DNA of 64,000 nt from an uncultured Acidobacteriota bacterium (GCA_963836285.1 CAWIIN010000003.1:14708-78707); one strand, 5' to 3'; counted from the first letter of the stretch, positions 1-10,205 are shown. Notes: a model not told the origin generated them from the letters alone. Translations and numbers: made by a program.

Positions 1-548
1 TCTGCTGCGTCCTCTTCGTGCCCGCCTCGATCCTGACGCTCGGGGCGGGAGCGCTCTACGGACTCGGCACGGGCACCGCGATCGTCCTCGCCGGCGCGAC
101 GCTCGGCGCGACGCTCTCCTTCCTCCTCGCGAAGTCGGCCCTCAGGAAGAGGATCGAGCGGATGACCGCGGGCAACGCGAAGTTCGCGGCTCTGGACAAG
201 GCCATCGCGAAGGAAGGGGCGAAGATCGTCTTCCTCGTCCGCCTCTCCCCCGTCTTCCCATTCACGTACATCAACTACGCGTTCGGGCTCACGGGCGTGA
301 GGACGCTTCCCTACGTTCTCGCGTCCTTCGTCGGGATGATCCCGGGGACGTTTGCGTACGTGTATCTCGGGGCCGCCGCGCGAACCGCCGCGTCCGGCGA
401 AACGGATGCGACGAAGAAGGCGCTCCAGATCGGCGGCGCGGTCGCGGCGGTCCTCGTGTCGCTGTTCGTCGCGCGCGTCGCCGCGAAGGCCATCAAGGGC
501 GCGGGCGTCGACGAGGCCAAGACCCCGCCGGCGCCCGGCGCAAGCTGA
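1..548 (+). CDS. TVP38/TMEM64 (DedA/VTT domain) membrane protein, 5' end probably outside the window
   Basis: Hydrophobic ORF with VRLSPVFPFTYINYAFGLT and GMIPGTFAYVYLG, typical of the family. Confidence 0.85.
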   Translation, partial: CCVLFVPASILTLGAGALYGLGTGTAIVLAGATLGATLSFLLAKSALRKRIERMTAGNAKFAALDKAIAKEGAKIVFLVRLSPVFPFTYINYAFGLTGVRTLPYVLASFVGMIPGTFAYVYLGAAARTAASGETDATKKALQIGGAVAAVLVSLFVARVAAKAIKGAGVDEAKTPPAPGAS

Positions 549-555
549 GCGGGCT

Positions 556-1110
556 CTATGGCCTCTTCGGGGTGGGGGTCTTCGTCGGCGCGAGCTGGAT
601 CGTCCCCGGGTTCGCGTGGATCGGGGAGAGCGGCGCCGAGAGCGTGATGGCGGTCTCGGGCGAGCTGTTGTTCGCGGCGGTCGCCGTGACCTTGAACGAC
701 CCGTACGGCAGGCCCATGAACACGGCGACCCAGCCCGGGCCCGAGACCTGCTGCGCGTTCCCGGAGCCCTTGACCGGGGCGTTGCCGTGGCCCTTCGGGA
801 ACGTGCCCGCGGCGTAGTGCGCGGCGTGGTATTTCCCGCCCACGAAATTCGGCCCGCAGGACGTCGTCGGCGAGACCGGCACGCACGCCGCCCAGACGTC
901 GAGAGGGCCCGTCCAGTCGGAGCTGCCGTAGTTCACGACGAAGATCCAGTTGCCGTCCGGCCACACCTTGAACGGCGTCTGGATCCCGATGTGGCCCGCC
1001 TGCGGGGCGGCGGTCGTCTGACTCGAGGACGGCTTCTTGCTCTGGTCCGAGGCCGCCGCCGTCAGGGCGGTCCCGAGAATCAGGGCGGCGGCGAGGATGG
1101 TCTTTTTCAA
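556..1110 (-). CDS. Secreted hypothetical protein
   Basis: TTG start with RBS (aaggag); signal peptide MKKTILAAALILGTALTAAA; beta-rich mature part with two Cys. Confidence 0.7.
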   Translation of the reverse strand: MKKTILAAALILGTALTAAASDQSKKPSSSQTTAAPQAGHIGIQTPFKVWPDGNWIFVVNYGSSDWTGPLDVWAACVPVSPTTSCGPNFVGGKYHAAHYAAGTFPKGHGNAPVKGSGNAQQVSGPGWVAVFMGLPYGSFKVTATAANNSSPETAITLSAPLSPIHANPGTIQLAPTKTPTPKRP

Positions 1111-1276
1111 GGTGTCTCCTTCTTTCTTGCTCTGGGTCTCACGCGCAATCTATGGATTCCCGGGCCGATCGCAAGGGTTCCCCGTGGTCCGCCCGCGCCA
1201 GAACGCGGTTCCGTGGCGCCAGGGATCCGTCCGGGGCGCCCCCTGCGCCGCCGCACGGTCCGGAACCTGACGGGGA

Positions 1277-1927
1277 TTACTTGACGCTGTCGGAGAGCAC
1301 GGAATCCGTCCGCATCGGCGCGGCGATGTGGGAGACGTCGTCGAGCACGACCGGCGTCGCGGGGGCGTTCCCGTCCCACTCGAAGGTCGACAGCGAGCCG
1401 TTCCGCTGGCGGATCTCGTCCATGCGCCCGAGCGGGCGGCCGAGGAGGAGCGTCATGAGGATGCGATTGAGCCGCCCGTGCGCCACGACGAGGGGCGCGC
1501 GGGCGCCCGTCTGCCGGAGCCGGGCAAGGAATCTTTCGGCCCGGAGCGCGGCGCCCGCGGGAGACTCCCCGCCCTCCGGCGCGAGGTCCGTCTCCCCGGC
1601 GCGCCAGCGCGCGCGCATCGTCGAGACCTCCTGCTCGAGCACCCCGTCGAACGGCCGCCCGGACCAGACACCCCAGTCGAACTCGACGAGATCCGCGTCG
1701 ATCGAGACCGACAGGCCGAGCGGCGCCGCGACGATCGCGGCCGTCTCGCGGGCGCGCGCCATTGGGCTCGACCAGACGGCGTCGATTCCCTCTTCCGCGA
1801 GGCGGATCGCGAGCGCCTCGGCCTGGCGGCGGCCGCGGCCCGAGAGAGGGGTGTCGAAGCGCGAGCCCTGCAGGGAGCCGGCAAAGTTGCCCTCGCTCTC
1901 GCCGTGCCGCGCGAGCCGGATCAGCAT
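1277..1927 (-). CDS. Histidine phosphatase (phosphoglycerate mutase-like) family protein
   Basis: RHGES motif just after ATG at 1927; SSPMARARETA; GGES; VAHG. Confidence 0.9.
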   Translation of the reverse strand: MLIRLARHGESEGNFAGSLQGSRFDTPLSGRGRRQAEALAIRLAEEGIDAVWSSPMARARETAAIVAAPLGLSVSIDADLVEFDWGVWSGRPFDGVLEQEVSTMRARWRAGETDLAPEGGESPAGAALRAERFLARLRQTGARAPLVVAHGRLNRILMTLLLGRPLGRMDEIRQRNGSLSTFEWDGNAPATPVVLDDVSHIAAPMRTDSVLSDSVK

Positions 1928-1979
1928 GCTGGCGCCGGATTCTATGCCGAGGCCTCCCTCGCCTATCATCCGCCCCCGG

Positions 1980-3218
1980 ATGGCCCGCGCCGCACGCGAC
2001 TTCCCGCTCGTCTCCGCCGCGATCGACGACGAAGGGATCCGGGCGCTCTTCACGGAGCGCTTCCTCGTCGCGACGGAGATCTACGACGCGCTCGTGAACG
2101 CCGCGTGCTGGAAGCTCCTCGGCGACATCGGCGCGCGCCCGGCGCCGGGGGAAGAAAGAAAGGAAGAAGAGATTCTTGCCGAATACCCCGTGCGCACTCA
2201 CGCCGCTCTTCGATACATGTTCGAGAAGCTCGTGGACGCGGGATATTTTCTTCGAAGGTCGGGTGGCGCCTCCGCGCCGGGGATCGCCTCGACGCCCCCC
2301 GACGCATCGGCCCCTCTTCACCTTCCAGGAAATCCTTCCTTCGCCATCGCCCTCGCCGAGACCCCGGAGGCGTTGAACGGTCCCCCCTCGGTTGGGTCCC
2401 TCGCCGCCGAGCTCGCCGCGACCGAGCCGGACGCGGCCGTCGGGGCCGAGATCGTCTCGCTTCTCGCGGACGAGGGCGCCGCATTCCTGCGCGGCGAGAA
2501 GACGGGCGAGGAGATCCTGTTCTCGCCCGTGCGCCTGCCGCTCTGGATCCGGTACTTCTCGAACGCGAACATCCTCTACGCGATCAACAACACGCTCGGC
2601 GCCGAGGTGCTCACGCGCGTCCTGCCCGCGTCGGGCGCCGAGGTTCTCGAGATCGGCGGCGGGTGCGGGAGCGCGGCTGAGTCGGCCCTCGCCCGCCTGG
2701 GCCCGCGCGCGGCCCGCTGGCGCTTCACGGAGCTCGTCCCGACGTTCGCGCGGCGCGGCGAGCGCGCGGCCCGCGCGGCCGCGGCGTCCGGGACGGTCGT
2801 CGAGGCCGCGAAGCTCGACATGACGAAACCGTGGGAGGGACAGGGCGTCTCGCCCGGCGCCTTCGACGCCGTCTACTCCGTGAACTGCTTCCACGTGGCG
2901 CCCGACCTCGGCTTCGTCCTCGCCGAGGCGAAAGCGGCCCTCAAGCCGGGCGGCGTCGTCGTCGTTTCCGAGTGCGTAAAGCCGGGCGTGAACCCGCCGC
3001 CGTCCTACGTGGACTTCGTCTTCGATTTTCTCGCGAGCTTCACGGACGTGAAGATCGACCCGGTCCTGCGTCCGAACCACGGGTTCCTGTCGCCGGCCGC
3101 GTGGCGCGCGTCCTTCGCGGCCGCGGGCTTCCGCGAGGTCGAGGTCCTTCCGGATGTCGACGCCGTCGCGGCGCGCTTCCCGAAGTTCTTCGTCGGCGCG
3201 GTCGTCGCGCGGCGTTAG
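1980..3218 (+). CDS. Class I SAM-dependent methyltransferase (resembles a stand-alone PKS/NRPS-type MT domain)
   Basis: VLEIGGGCG motif I; FDAVYSVNCFH; LKPGG; start chosen at ATG 1980. Confidence 0.8.
   Translation: MARAARDFPLVSAAIDDEGIRALFTERFLVATEIYDALVNAACWKLLGDIGARPAPGEERKEEEILAEYPVRTHAALRYMFEKLVDAGYFLRRSGGASAPGIASTPPDASAPLHLPGNPSFAIALAETPEALNGPPSVGSLAAELAATEPDAAVGAEIVSLLADEGAAFLRGEKTGEEILFSPVRLPLWIRYFSNANILYAINNTLGAEVLTRVLPASGAEVLEIGGGCGSAAESALARLGPRAARWRFTELVPTFARRGERAARAAAASGTVVEAAKLDMTKPWEGQGVSPGAFDAVYSVNCFHVAPDLGFVLAEAKAALKPGGVVVVSECVKPGVNPPPSYVDFVFDFLASFTDVKIDPVLRPNHGFLSPAAWRASFAAAGFREVEVLPDVDAVAARFPKFFVGAVVARR
2245..2334. repeat. Bipartite inverted motif, pair A (intragenic)
   Basis: ATTTTCTTCGAAGGT (2245-2259), 60 bp spacer, ACCTTCCAGGAAATC (2320-2334). 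Confidence 0.7.
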
Positions 3219-4636
3219 GGTCGGGCCCGGCCCGGCGCGCCCGTCTTCTTCTTCGTCTCAGCCGGGCGCAAGGAGCCGCGCTCGACGAACGTCGCGACGT
3301 CCTCGACGACCTCGCGGTCGACGTGTCCGGCCTTCTCGTACTCGTCGGGCGTTCCGGGCCCCTCTCCGGCGACGAAGAGATGATTCAGCTTCGGATAAGA
3401 CTTGAGGGTCGCCCGCTTCACGCCCTTGAGCGCCGCCTGCCAGCCCTCGAAGTCCTTCATCGTCACCTGGTAGTCCCGCCCTCCCGCGAGGACGAGGATC
3501 GGAATCGCGAGATGCAGGGCCGCCGCCGCCGGCTTCTCCTTCTTCAGCTCGAGCCAGTACGCCGGCGGCGCCCCGAAGATCGTCTCCGTCGGGGACGCGA
3601 CGGGCTTTCCGGCATAGAGGTCCGCGAGGGCGTCCGCCTCGCGGCGCAGGGACGGAGCCATCGCCTTCTGGGCCGCGCCCGCCGCGGGTCCGGAGAGCGC
3701 CGCGACCTGATCGCGGACGACCTCGGACATGGGGCGCGACGGCGCGGCGAGCAGGACGATCCCGGCCGTCTTCCCGTCCATCTCCGCGATCCGCGGCGCG
3801 AGCATCGCGCCGAGACTGTGGCCAACGACGAATACCCGCGCCGGGTCGACTCCCCGACTCCTGCGGAGAACGGCGAGCGCGGCGACGGCGTCGTCGAGCA
3901 CCTCGTCCTTGAGCGTCATGTCCCGCGTTCCGGCGAGCTCCTTCTGGAACGTCTTCGTCCTCTTCTCGTACCGCAGGACGGCGACTCCGCGCGACGCGAG
4001 ACCCTGCGCGAGGTCCTGGAAGACGCGCGTGCCGCCTACCGTCTCGTCGCGGTCGTGCGGACCGGACCCGTGGACGAGGACGACGCCGGGAAACGGCCCG
4101 TCTCCCTTCGGGACCGAGAGCGTCGCGGGCAGCGTCACGAGGCCGGACGCGACGGACGTCTCGCGCTCGGAGAAGGCCGCCGGGTTCACGTAGGCCGGGA
4201 CGCTCCATTCCGGCCGGGCCGCCGACTCCGGCGACAGGAACATCCCGGCGAGGCGCCCGTCCGGCCGCATCGTGAGGCGCAGCTCCGTTCTCTGCTTCTC
4301 GAACTCGCAGCTCGAGAACGCGAGCGTGAATTCCCCCGCCGACTGCATGCGCGGCTCGCCGCAGCCGCGCAGCGCCCCGGCGCGCTGCAGCGTGTCGGCC
4401 CAGAAGAGGCGCAGGGCCGCGTCGGGCAGAGCCGCCTTCATCGCGTCGTCGAACCGCGACTCGAGCGCCGCGAAGTCTCCGGTCTTCAGCTCGACGGCGA
4501 CCTGGCGCGCGATGTCGGCGCCGGCCGACGCGGGGAGCAGGACGACGCGCTCGGCCGTCGCGCCGCTCCCGGGAGCCTGGGCGAAGGCCGGGCACGCCAG
4601 GCCTGCGGAAACGAGGAGGGCGACCGCGGTTCTCAT
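3215..4636 (-). CDS. Secreted alpha/beta hydrolase with DUF3887-like N-terminal domain
   Basis: Signal peptide; VLVHGSGPHDRDE; GHSLG nucleophile elbow; GGRDYQV; LNHLF. Confidence 0.85.
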   Translation of the reverse strand: MRTAVALLVSAGLACPAFAQAPGSGATAERVVLLPASAGADIARQVAVELKTGDFAALESRFDDAMKAALPDAALRLFWADTLQRAGALRGCGEPRMQSAGEFTLAFSSCEFEKQRTELRLTMRPDGRLAGMFLSPESAARPEWSVPAYVNPAAFSERETSVASGLVTLPATLSVPKGDGPFPGVVLVHGSGPHDRDETVGGTRVFQDLAQGLASRGVAVLRYEKRTKTFQKELAGTRDMTLKDEVLDDAVAALAVLRRSRGVDPARVFVVGHSLGAMLAPRIAEMDGKTAGIVLLAAPSRPMSEVVRDQVAALSGPAAGAAQKAMAPSLRREADALADLYAGKPVASPTETIFGAPPAYWLELKKEKPAAAALHLAIPILVLAGGRDYQVTMKDFEGWQAALKGVKRATLKSYPKLNHLFVAGEGPGTPDEYEKAGHVDREVVEDVATFVERGSLRPAETKKKTGAPGRARP

Positions 4637-4745
4637 CGAAAAACGTCGCGGGGGCGCCGCCGTTCGTCCGAACGCGCCGTCCGCGACATGAATCAGTTTA
4701 CTCATGGAGCGCCCCCGAATCCTTCTGATACTGTCCCCGGTCGCC

Positions 4746-5912
4746 ATGAAAATCCACGAATACCAAGCGAAAGAAGTTCTCCGCGGGTTCGGCGTCGCCA
4801 CGCCCCGCGGGCGTGTCACGGACTCGCCGGAGGAGGCGGGCCGGATCGCGAAGGAATTTGGCGGGCGCGCCGTCGTCAAGGCGCAGATCCACGCGGGCGG
4901 CCGCGGCAAGGGCGGCGGCGTCAAGCTCGCGAAAAGCCCGGAGGAGGCCGAGGCCCTCGCCCGCAAGATCCTCGGCATGCAGCTCGTGACGCACCAGACG
5001 GGTCCGCACGGGCAGAAGGTCAAGAAGATCCTCGTCGAGGAGGCGCTCGACATCGCGCAGGAGCTCTATCTCGGGATCACGCTCGACCGCGCGATCGGCC
5101 GGCCCGTCATGATGGTGTCGCGGCAGGGCGGCATGGAGATCGAGGTCGTCGCCGCGAAGGACCCCGATGCGATCGTCAAGGAGCCGTTCGAGCCGTCCTG
5201 GGGCCTGCAGCCCTACCAGGCGCGCAAGCTCGCCGACGCGCTCGGCCTCAAGGGCGAGACGCACAAGAAGGCCGTCGGCTTCCTGATCGCGCTCGCGAAG
5301 GCGTACGTCGCGACCGACGCGTCGCTCGCCGAGATCAACCCTCTCCTCGTCACGGGGACGGGCGACGTCATCGCGCTCGACGCGAAGATGAACTTCGACG
5401 ACAACGCGCTCTTCCGCCACACGGCGATCCGCGAGTACCGCGACCTCGACGAGGAGGACCCGCTCGAGGTCGACGCGTCGAAGTTCGGCCTGAACTACAT
5501 CAAGCTCGACGGCAACGTCGGCTGCATGGTGAACGGCGCCGGCCTCGCGATGGCGACGATGGACATCATCCAGTACGCGGGCGGCAAGCCCGCGAACTTC
5601 CTGGACGTCGGCGGCGGCGCGAACGAGGAGCAGGTCAAGAACGCGATGCGGATCATCCTGTCCGACGCGAACGTGAAGGCAGTCCTCATCAACATCTTCG
5701 GCGGCATCATGCGGTGCGACATCATCGCGACCGGCGTCGTGAACGCCGTCAAGGAGATCGGCATCAAAGTCCCCGTCGTCGTGCGCCTCGAGGGCACGAA
5801 CGTCGAGGAGGGCAAGGCGATCCTCAAGAGTTCCGGCCTCGCGGTCATCCCCGCCGACGGCATGAAGGACGCGGCCGAGAAGGTCATCGCGTCGCTCGGA
5901 AAGGCGGCCTGA
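4746..5912 (+). CDS. sucC: Succinyl-CoA synthetase beta subunit
   Basis: MKIHEYQAK; [14 protein letters not shown]; [11 protein letters not shown]; [10 protein letters not shown]. Confidence 0.98.
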   Translation: MKIHEYQAKEVLRGFGVATPRGRVTDSPEEAGRIAKEFGGRAVVKAQIHAGGRGKGGGVKLAKSPEEAEALARKILGMQLVTHQTGPHGQKVKKILVEEALDIAQELYLGITLDRAIGRPVMMVSRQGGMEIEVVAAKDPDAIVKEPFEPSWGLQPYQARKLADALGLKGETHKKAVGFLIALAKAYVATDASLAEINPLLVTGTGDVIALDAKMNFDDNALFRHTAIREYRDLDEEDPLEVDASKFGLNYIKLDGNVGCMVNGAGLAMATMDIIQYAGGKPANFLDVGGGANEEQVKNAMRIILSDANVKAVLINIFGGIMRCDIIATGVVNAVKEIGIKVPVVVRLEGTNVEEGKAILKSSGLAVIPADGMKDAAEKVIASLGKAA

Positions 5913-5913
5913 C

Positions 5914-6795
5914 ATGGCGGACCAGAACTGGATCTCGAAGGACACGAAGCTCGTCGTGCAAGGCCTCACGGGTCGCGAGGGCCGATTCCACGCCCTCGCG
6001 AGCCGCGACTACGGCACGCAGGTCGTCGCGGGCGTCACGCCCGGCAAGGGCGGCACGGCCGTGGACGGCATCCCCGTGTTCGACTCCGTGGCCGCCGCCG
6101 TGAAGGCGACGGGCGCGAACGCCTCGATGGTGTTCGTGCCGCCGTCGGCCTGCGCGGACGCGATCATGGAGGCGGCCGACGCGGGCGTCGCGCTCATCGT
6201 CGCGATCACGGAGGGCGTGCCCGTGAACGACATGATCAAGGCGAAGGAGTACCTCGCGAGGGGCACGTCCCGCCTGATCGGGCCGAACTGTCCCGGCATC
6301 ATCCGCCCCTCCGCGAAGGTGAAGATCGGCATCATGCCCGCGCGCATCCACAAGGCCGGCTTCGTCGGCGTCGTCTCGCGCTCGGGGACGCTCACGTACG
6401 AGGCCGTCGGCCAGACGACCACGCTCGGGTTCGGGCAATCCACGTGCATCGGCATCGGCGGCGACCCGATCAACGGCACGAACTTCATCGACACCCTGAC
6501 GCTCTTCCGCGACGACCCCGAGACGCAGGCCGTCATCATGATCGGCGAGATCGGCGGAAGCGCCGAGGAAGAGGCCGCGGCCTGGATCAAGGCGAACCTG
6601 AAGAAGCCGGTCGTCTCGTTCATCGCGGGCCGCACGGCCCCTCCCGGGCGCCGCATGGGCCACGCGGGCGCGATCATCTCGGGCGGCAAGGGAACCGCCG
6701 CCGAGAAGGTCGATGCGCTCCGCGCGGCGGGCGTCCACGTCGCGGACTCCCCGGCCCTGATGGGCGAGACGCTGAAGAAGGCGCTCGGGAAGTAG
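5914..6795 (+). CDS. sucD: Succinyl-CoA synthetase alpha subunit
   Basis: GPNCPG; SRSGTLTYE; RMGHAGAII phospho-His motif; follows sucC. Confidence 0.98.
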   Translation: MADQNWISKDTKLVVQGLTGREGRFHALASRDYGTQVVAGVTPGKGGTAVDGIPVFDSVAAAVKATGANASMVFVPPSACADAIMEAADAGVALIVAITEGVPVNDMIKAKEYLARGTSRLIGPNCPGIIRPSAKVKIGIMPARIHKAGFVGVVSRSGTLTYEAVGQTTTLGFGQSTCIGIGGDPINGTNFIDTLTLFRDDPETQAVIMIGEIGGSAEEEAAAWIKANLKKPVVSFIAGRTAPPGRRMGHAGAIISGGKGTAAEKVDALRAAGVHVADSPALMGETLKKALGK

Positions 6796-6898
6796 GCCCG
6801 GCGAACGGTCCGCGAGGCGGCCGCTCCGCTCGAGGTGCGCATCCCGGAATGTGGCCTCAAATCTGATATGCTTGTGACCTCATGGGGGTGGCGTCGAG

Positions 6899-7171
6899 AT
6901 GACACGCGTCGGAGTCCGGGCCCTCAAGGGGCGTTTGAGCGAGTACCTGAGGCGCGCCGGTGAAGGAGAGCGGATCGTCGTGACGGATCGGGGCGAGCCT
7001 CTCGCCGCGTTGACGCCGATCGAGGAAACCGACGAGGCGCTCTGGGGATGGGAGCTCGTCCGGGAGAGAGCCGCGAGCTGGGGCGGCGGCAAGCCCCTCG
7101 GAAGCGCGCATGCGCCGGTCGCGAAGGGCAAGAAGTCGACGTCGGACATCGTTGTCGAGGACCGGCGTTGA
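6899..7171 (+). CDS. Phd/YefM family antitoxin
   Basis: VGVRALKGRLSEYLRRAGEGERIVVTDRGEPLAAL; stop overlaps the start of a PIN gene. Confidence 0.9.
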   Translation: MTRVGVRALKGRLSEYLRRAGEGERIVVTDRGEPLAALTPIEETDEALWGWELVRERAASWGGGKPLGSAHAPVAKGKKSTSDIVVEDRR

Positions 7172-7596
7172 TCGCGTATCTCGACACGAGCAGCCTCGTC
7201 AAGCTCTACGTCGAGGAGGAGGGCTCACCCACCGTCCGGGGGCTCGTCGAGCGCGCCGGCCTCGTCGCGACCTCCGTCGTGGCGTACCCCGAGGCGCGGG
7301 CGGCGCTCGCGCGGCAGCGGCGGGACGGCGGGCTCACGGGCGCCGGCTACGGCCGGGCCCGGACCGACTTCGAGCGGGACTGGCCGCGGTATCTCGCGAT
7401 CGAGGTCGCCGAAGAGGTCTACCGGGCCGCCGGAGACCTCGCCGAGAAGCACCGGCTTCGTGGCTTCGACAGCATCCACCTCGCGTCCTATCTCTCGCTC
7501 GCCCGGGAGAGTTCCCGCGAGGTCCGGTTTTCGGCGTTCGACGCGGCGCTCAACCGGGCCGCGAGGCGGGAGGCGAAGGAACGGCGAACCCGGTAA
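7168..7596 (+). CDS. vapC: VapC-type PIN-domain toxin
   Basis: TTG start overlapping the antitoxin stop; YLDTSSLVKLY; E in YPEARAAL; LRGFDSIHLAS; FD. Confidence 0.9.
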   Translation: MIAYLDTSSLVKLYVEEEGSPTVRGLVERAGLVATSVVAYPEARAALARQRRDGGLTGAGYGRARTDFERDWPRYLAIEVAEEVYRAAGDLAEKHRLRGFDSIHLASYLSLARESSREVRFSAFDAALNRAARREAKERRTR

Positions 7597-7609
7597 CGCT
7601 CGTCGGGCC

Positions 7610-8017
7610 TCAGCCGCGGGCCACGAATTCCTCGGGAGAGAGCACGCGGCCGGGGAAAACTCTGGCGAGCTTGCGGTCGGTGCTCACGAGCGGCTTTCCG
7701 AGACGCTCCGCCGTGAACACGAACTCGGCGTCGTAGGCGGAGATTCTTCCTTTCTCCGCCAGCCTCAGGCACGCTTCAGTCTCCTCTTCCAGGCCCGTGT
7801 CCGTCACGAGGCGATCGGCTTCTCCGAAAGCATCGAGGGCGCCGGAGAGATCCAACTTGCCCGCGCGCATCGTCGTGACCAGGGCGTTGCGAAGCTCGGA
7901 CCGCCAAAGGCGCGGCGCGACCCACTGCGGGTCGAAATCCAGAACGGCGAGCGCGGCCTCCGTTCGCGCGCCGGGCACGACGGCATAGGCGATCAGGTTC
8001 GTGTCGACGACGATCAC
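7610..8017 (-). CDS. vapC: VapC-type PIN-domain toxin (second pair)
   Basis: GTG start; IVVDTN; SELRNAL; SAYDAEFV; LVSTD. Confidence 0.9.
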   Translation of the reverse strand: MIVVDTNLIAYAVVPGARTEAALAVLDFDPQWVAPRLWRSELRNALVTTMRAGKLDLSGALDAFGEADRLVTDTGLEEETEACLRLAEKGRISAYDAEFVFTAERLGKPLVSTDRKLARVFPGRVLSPEEFVARG

Positions 8018-8259
8018 GGTCGCCCTTCCCGCTTCGCTCGGTCGATCAGCGCGGCCGTCATGATCGGTCGGGAGCCGAGCCGTTTGTGGAGGCGCCGGAG
8101 GTCGGCGATGACCTCCTCCGAGGAGCGCTTCCGACGCCCGATCGTGCCTTCGAGGCGGGAGAGCGCTTCCTGATTCAGGCTCCGCCGGTTCTCCTTCGCT
8201 TCTTCCTTGAGCCGATCCACGAGCTCCTCGGGAACGTTCTTCAGGGTGAGAGTCGCCAT
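8014..8259 (-). CDS. Arc/FitA-like ribbon-helix-helix antitoxin
   Basis: MATLTLKNVPEELVDRLKEEAKENRRSLNQE; GTGA overlap with the PIN gene. Confidence 0.88.
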   Translation of the reverse strand: MATLTLKNVPEELVDRLKEEAKENRRSLNQEALSRLEGTIGRRKRSSEEVIADLRRLHKRLGSRPIMTAALIDRAKREGRP

Positions 8260-8272
8260 CGCCGCCTCCGAC

Positions 8273-8298
8273 ATCCATTATGGATCCGTTTTGGATCC
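8273..8298. promoter_or_regulatory. Overlapping palindromes, putative autoregulatory operator of the second TA pair
   Basis: ATCCATTATGGAT (8273-8285) and GGATCC-N5-GGATCC (8282-8298), just upstream of the RHH antitoxin start. Confidence 0.55.
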
Positions 8299-8384
8299 CG
8301 TGGAAGAAGGGCGACATGGCCCTGATTCATGCTCACCATGGCAGCAGGCCGCCTTCGAACGAATTCTTCCTTGAAGGAGAACGA

Positions 8385-8746
8385 ATGCGGCGCCCTAGAT
8401 TCGCAGCACCGCTCGTGCTTTCCGCGCTGCTCGCGGCCTGCGCGCACCAGAACGCGCCCGTACCCGCTCCCACCCCAACTCCAGCCGCCGCACCCTCGAC
8501 GGCATCCGACCACCCTCGCGAGGGGAACGTCGCCGTCGAGTTCCTCGCCGGCCCGGTTCCGCACGAGGAAAAGATCGATGAACCCGCTCCGACTCGCCGG
8601 AGCGCCCGATTGCCGCAACGCGCCGCGTGCCGAGCTATCTCGACTTCGCGTTCCGTTTCAGCGTCGTGGACGGGAACGGCGTCGTGACGGTCGGCGGGGA
8701 GAAGCCTGTCGCTGCGCCGTCGACACCGCCGGAGCGCGTCCGGTAG
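8385..8746 (+). pseudogene. Frameshifted or internally deleted lipoprotein
   Basis: Lipobox LLAAC and Pro-rich linker in one frame; a plausible C-terminus (PSYLDFAFRFSVVDGNGVVTVGG...*) in another frame; span not divisible by 3. Confidence 0.5.
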
Positions 8747-8796
8747 CCTCTGCTCGCCGTGGGCCAGATGGGCTGGCCGGCACTACCTTGAAGAGA

Positions 8797-9671
8797 ATGG
8801 GCGTCTCCCTTCGGATTTCCCTTCTCGCCGCTGCGGTCGCGTCGTTCGCGCCCGGCGCACGCGCGCAGGACCGCCTGCCGCTCCCCGCCTCACCGGCCCC
8901 TGTGCCGTTCGTCCCGGCGCGGGTGCCCGGGCGCGTGCCATCCCCCGCTTCCGTGATGTGGGTCGGCGCTCATCCCGACGACGAGGTTCTCCTCGCACCT
9001 CTTCTCGCGAGGAGGCACGGCCCGCGTTCGCCGCGCTTTCCCGATCGTAACGCGCGGCGCGCGGGCCGTGCGGCACCAGCCTTCCAGACGGCTGCCTCCC
9101 GGACCTCGCGTCCGTCCGTGGCGGCGAAGCGGCCTCCTCGGCAGAGTCCTTCGGCTCGGACCTGATCCTCCTGTCGCTGCCGGACGGCGGCGGGGTCACG
9201 CCGCCGCCGTGGGCGCCCGGCGCCGGGGGCAGCCCGGGCCTCGCCGGGACGCTCGCGGCGTTCATCCGGGCCGAGGCGCCCGAGATCGTCCTCACGTTCG
9301 ACCCGCGCCACGGGACGACGTGCCATCCGGACCACCGCGCGATCGGCGCGCTCGCCCTCGAGGCCGTCGGGCTCCTGGACGCGCCGCCCGCGGTCTATCT
9401 CCTCGAGTCACGCGTCACGATCGACCCGGACGCGGTCGCGTTCCGTTTCGCCTCCGCGGCGCCGGGCCTGATCCGCTTCGACGCGACGGAGCCGCTCGCC
9501 GCCACGGGGCTGCCGGCCTGGAGCGCCATCGGAGCGGACATGGAGCGTTACCCGAGCCAGTTCGACGCCGCGTGGAGGAACGCCGTCGGGCGCGTGCCCG
9601 AAGGCGACCGGAACGTCTTCCTCGCGCCCGCGTCGACGATCCTCGGGGCCACCGTATCGGCGTGCCCGTAG
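8797..9671 (+). pseudogene. PIG-L/LmbE-family deacetylase, frameshifted
   Basis: Signal peptide and AHPDDE in the frame starting at 8797; LTFDPRHGTTCHPDHRAIG in a different frame ending TAG 9671; break near 9010-9130. Confidence 0.75.
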
Positions 9672-9683
9672 CGGAACCGGAAC

Positions 9684-10136
9684 TCAGACCCCGAACTGCC
9701 GCAGGTGATGGTCGAGGTGCTTGTACATGAGGACTCCCCACTCGTCTCCCTTGAGGCGCCCGAAGAAGGAGTGCATGCGCCCGTCCGCCGCGGACGCGCC
9801 GCCTTCACCGAATCGGTTCACGAGCGCGACGAGGCGCGTCTTCTCCCTCTCGAAATCCCGCGCGTCGGAAACGACGAACGTCGGGTCCGTCGGAGAGTTC
9901 TTCGAAAGGGGCTCCGTTCCGTGGAGGAACTTCTTCTTGACGAACGGGGCCAGCACCTTGCCGATGAAAGCCTGCGTCTTCGGAACGTCGCCGGCCGCAA
10001 CCTCCAGCGCGATCGCGCAGTGCGCGCACATCTGCGCCACGTCCATCTTCCCCCATAGGCGCGCCGCGTCCGGCCGCAGCCCGTCGAGGCGGTCGAGGAG
10101 CTCTCGCCGGTCCGACTGCTCGAAGAAATTCTTCAT
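9684..10136 (-). CDS. DUF1569 / DinB-like protein
   Basis: WGKMDVAQMCAHC; HSFFG; KHLDHHLRQFG. Confidence 0.85.
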   Translation of the reverse strand: MKNFFEQSDRRELLDRLDGLRPDAARLWGKMDVAQMCAHCAIALEVAAGDVPKTQAFIGKVLAPFVKKKFLHGTEPLSKNSPTDPTFVVSDARDFEREKTRLVALVNRFGEGGASAADGRMHSFFGRLKGDEWGVLMYKHLDHHLRQFGV

Positions 10137-10205
10137 TCCGGGGAGCCTATGCAAGGACCGCGGGCGGAGGCAAGCCACCCCCGGCCGGGTATACTCCGCG
10201 GCCGC

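Noticed and set aside
2831-6103. 1090 aa ORF and similar long Arg/Ala/Gly-rich ORFs (20312-24466, 37282-40692, 38430-41438, 46930-49908, 47054-50068, 55886-58483)
   Set aside because: These are shadow frames of recognisable genes. Long stop-free frames are expected at this GC content and they show no motifs.
9895-9909. Single motif-like arms GAGTTCTTCGAAAGG (9895) and GAGATCTTCGAAAGG (40852)
   Set aside because: No convincing inverted partner at 60-80 bp, so they were not counted as pairs.
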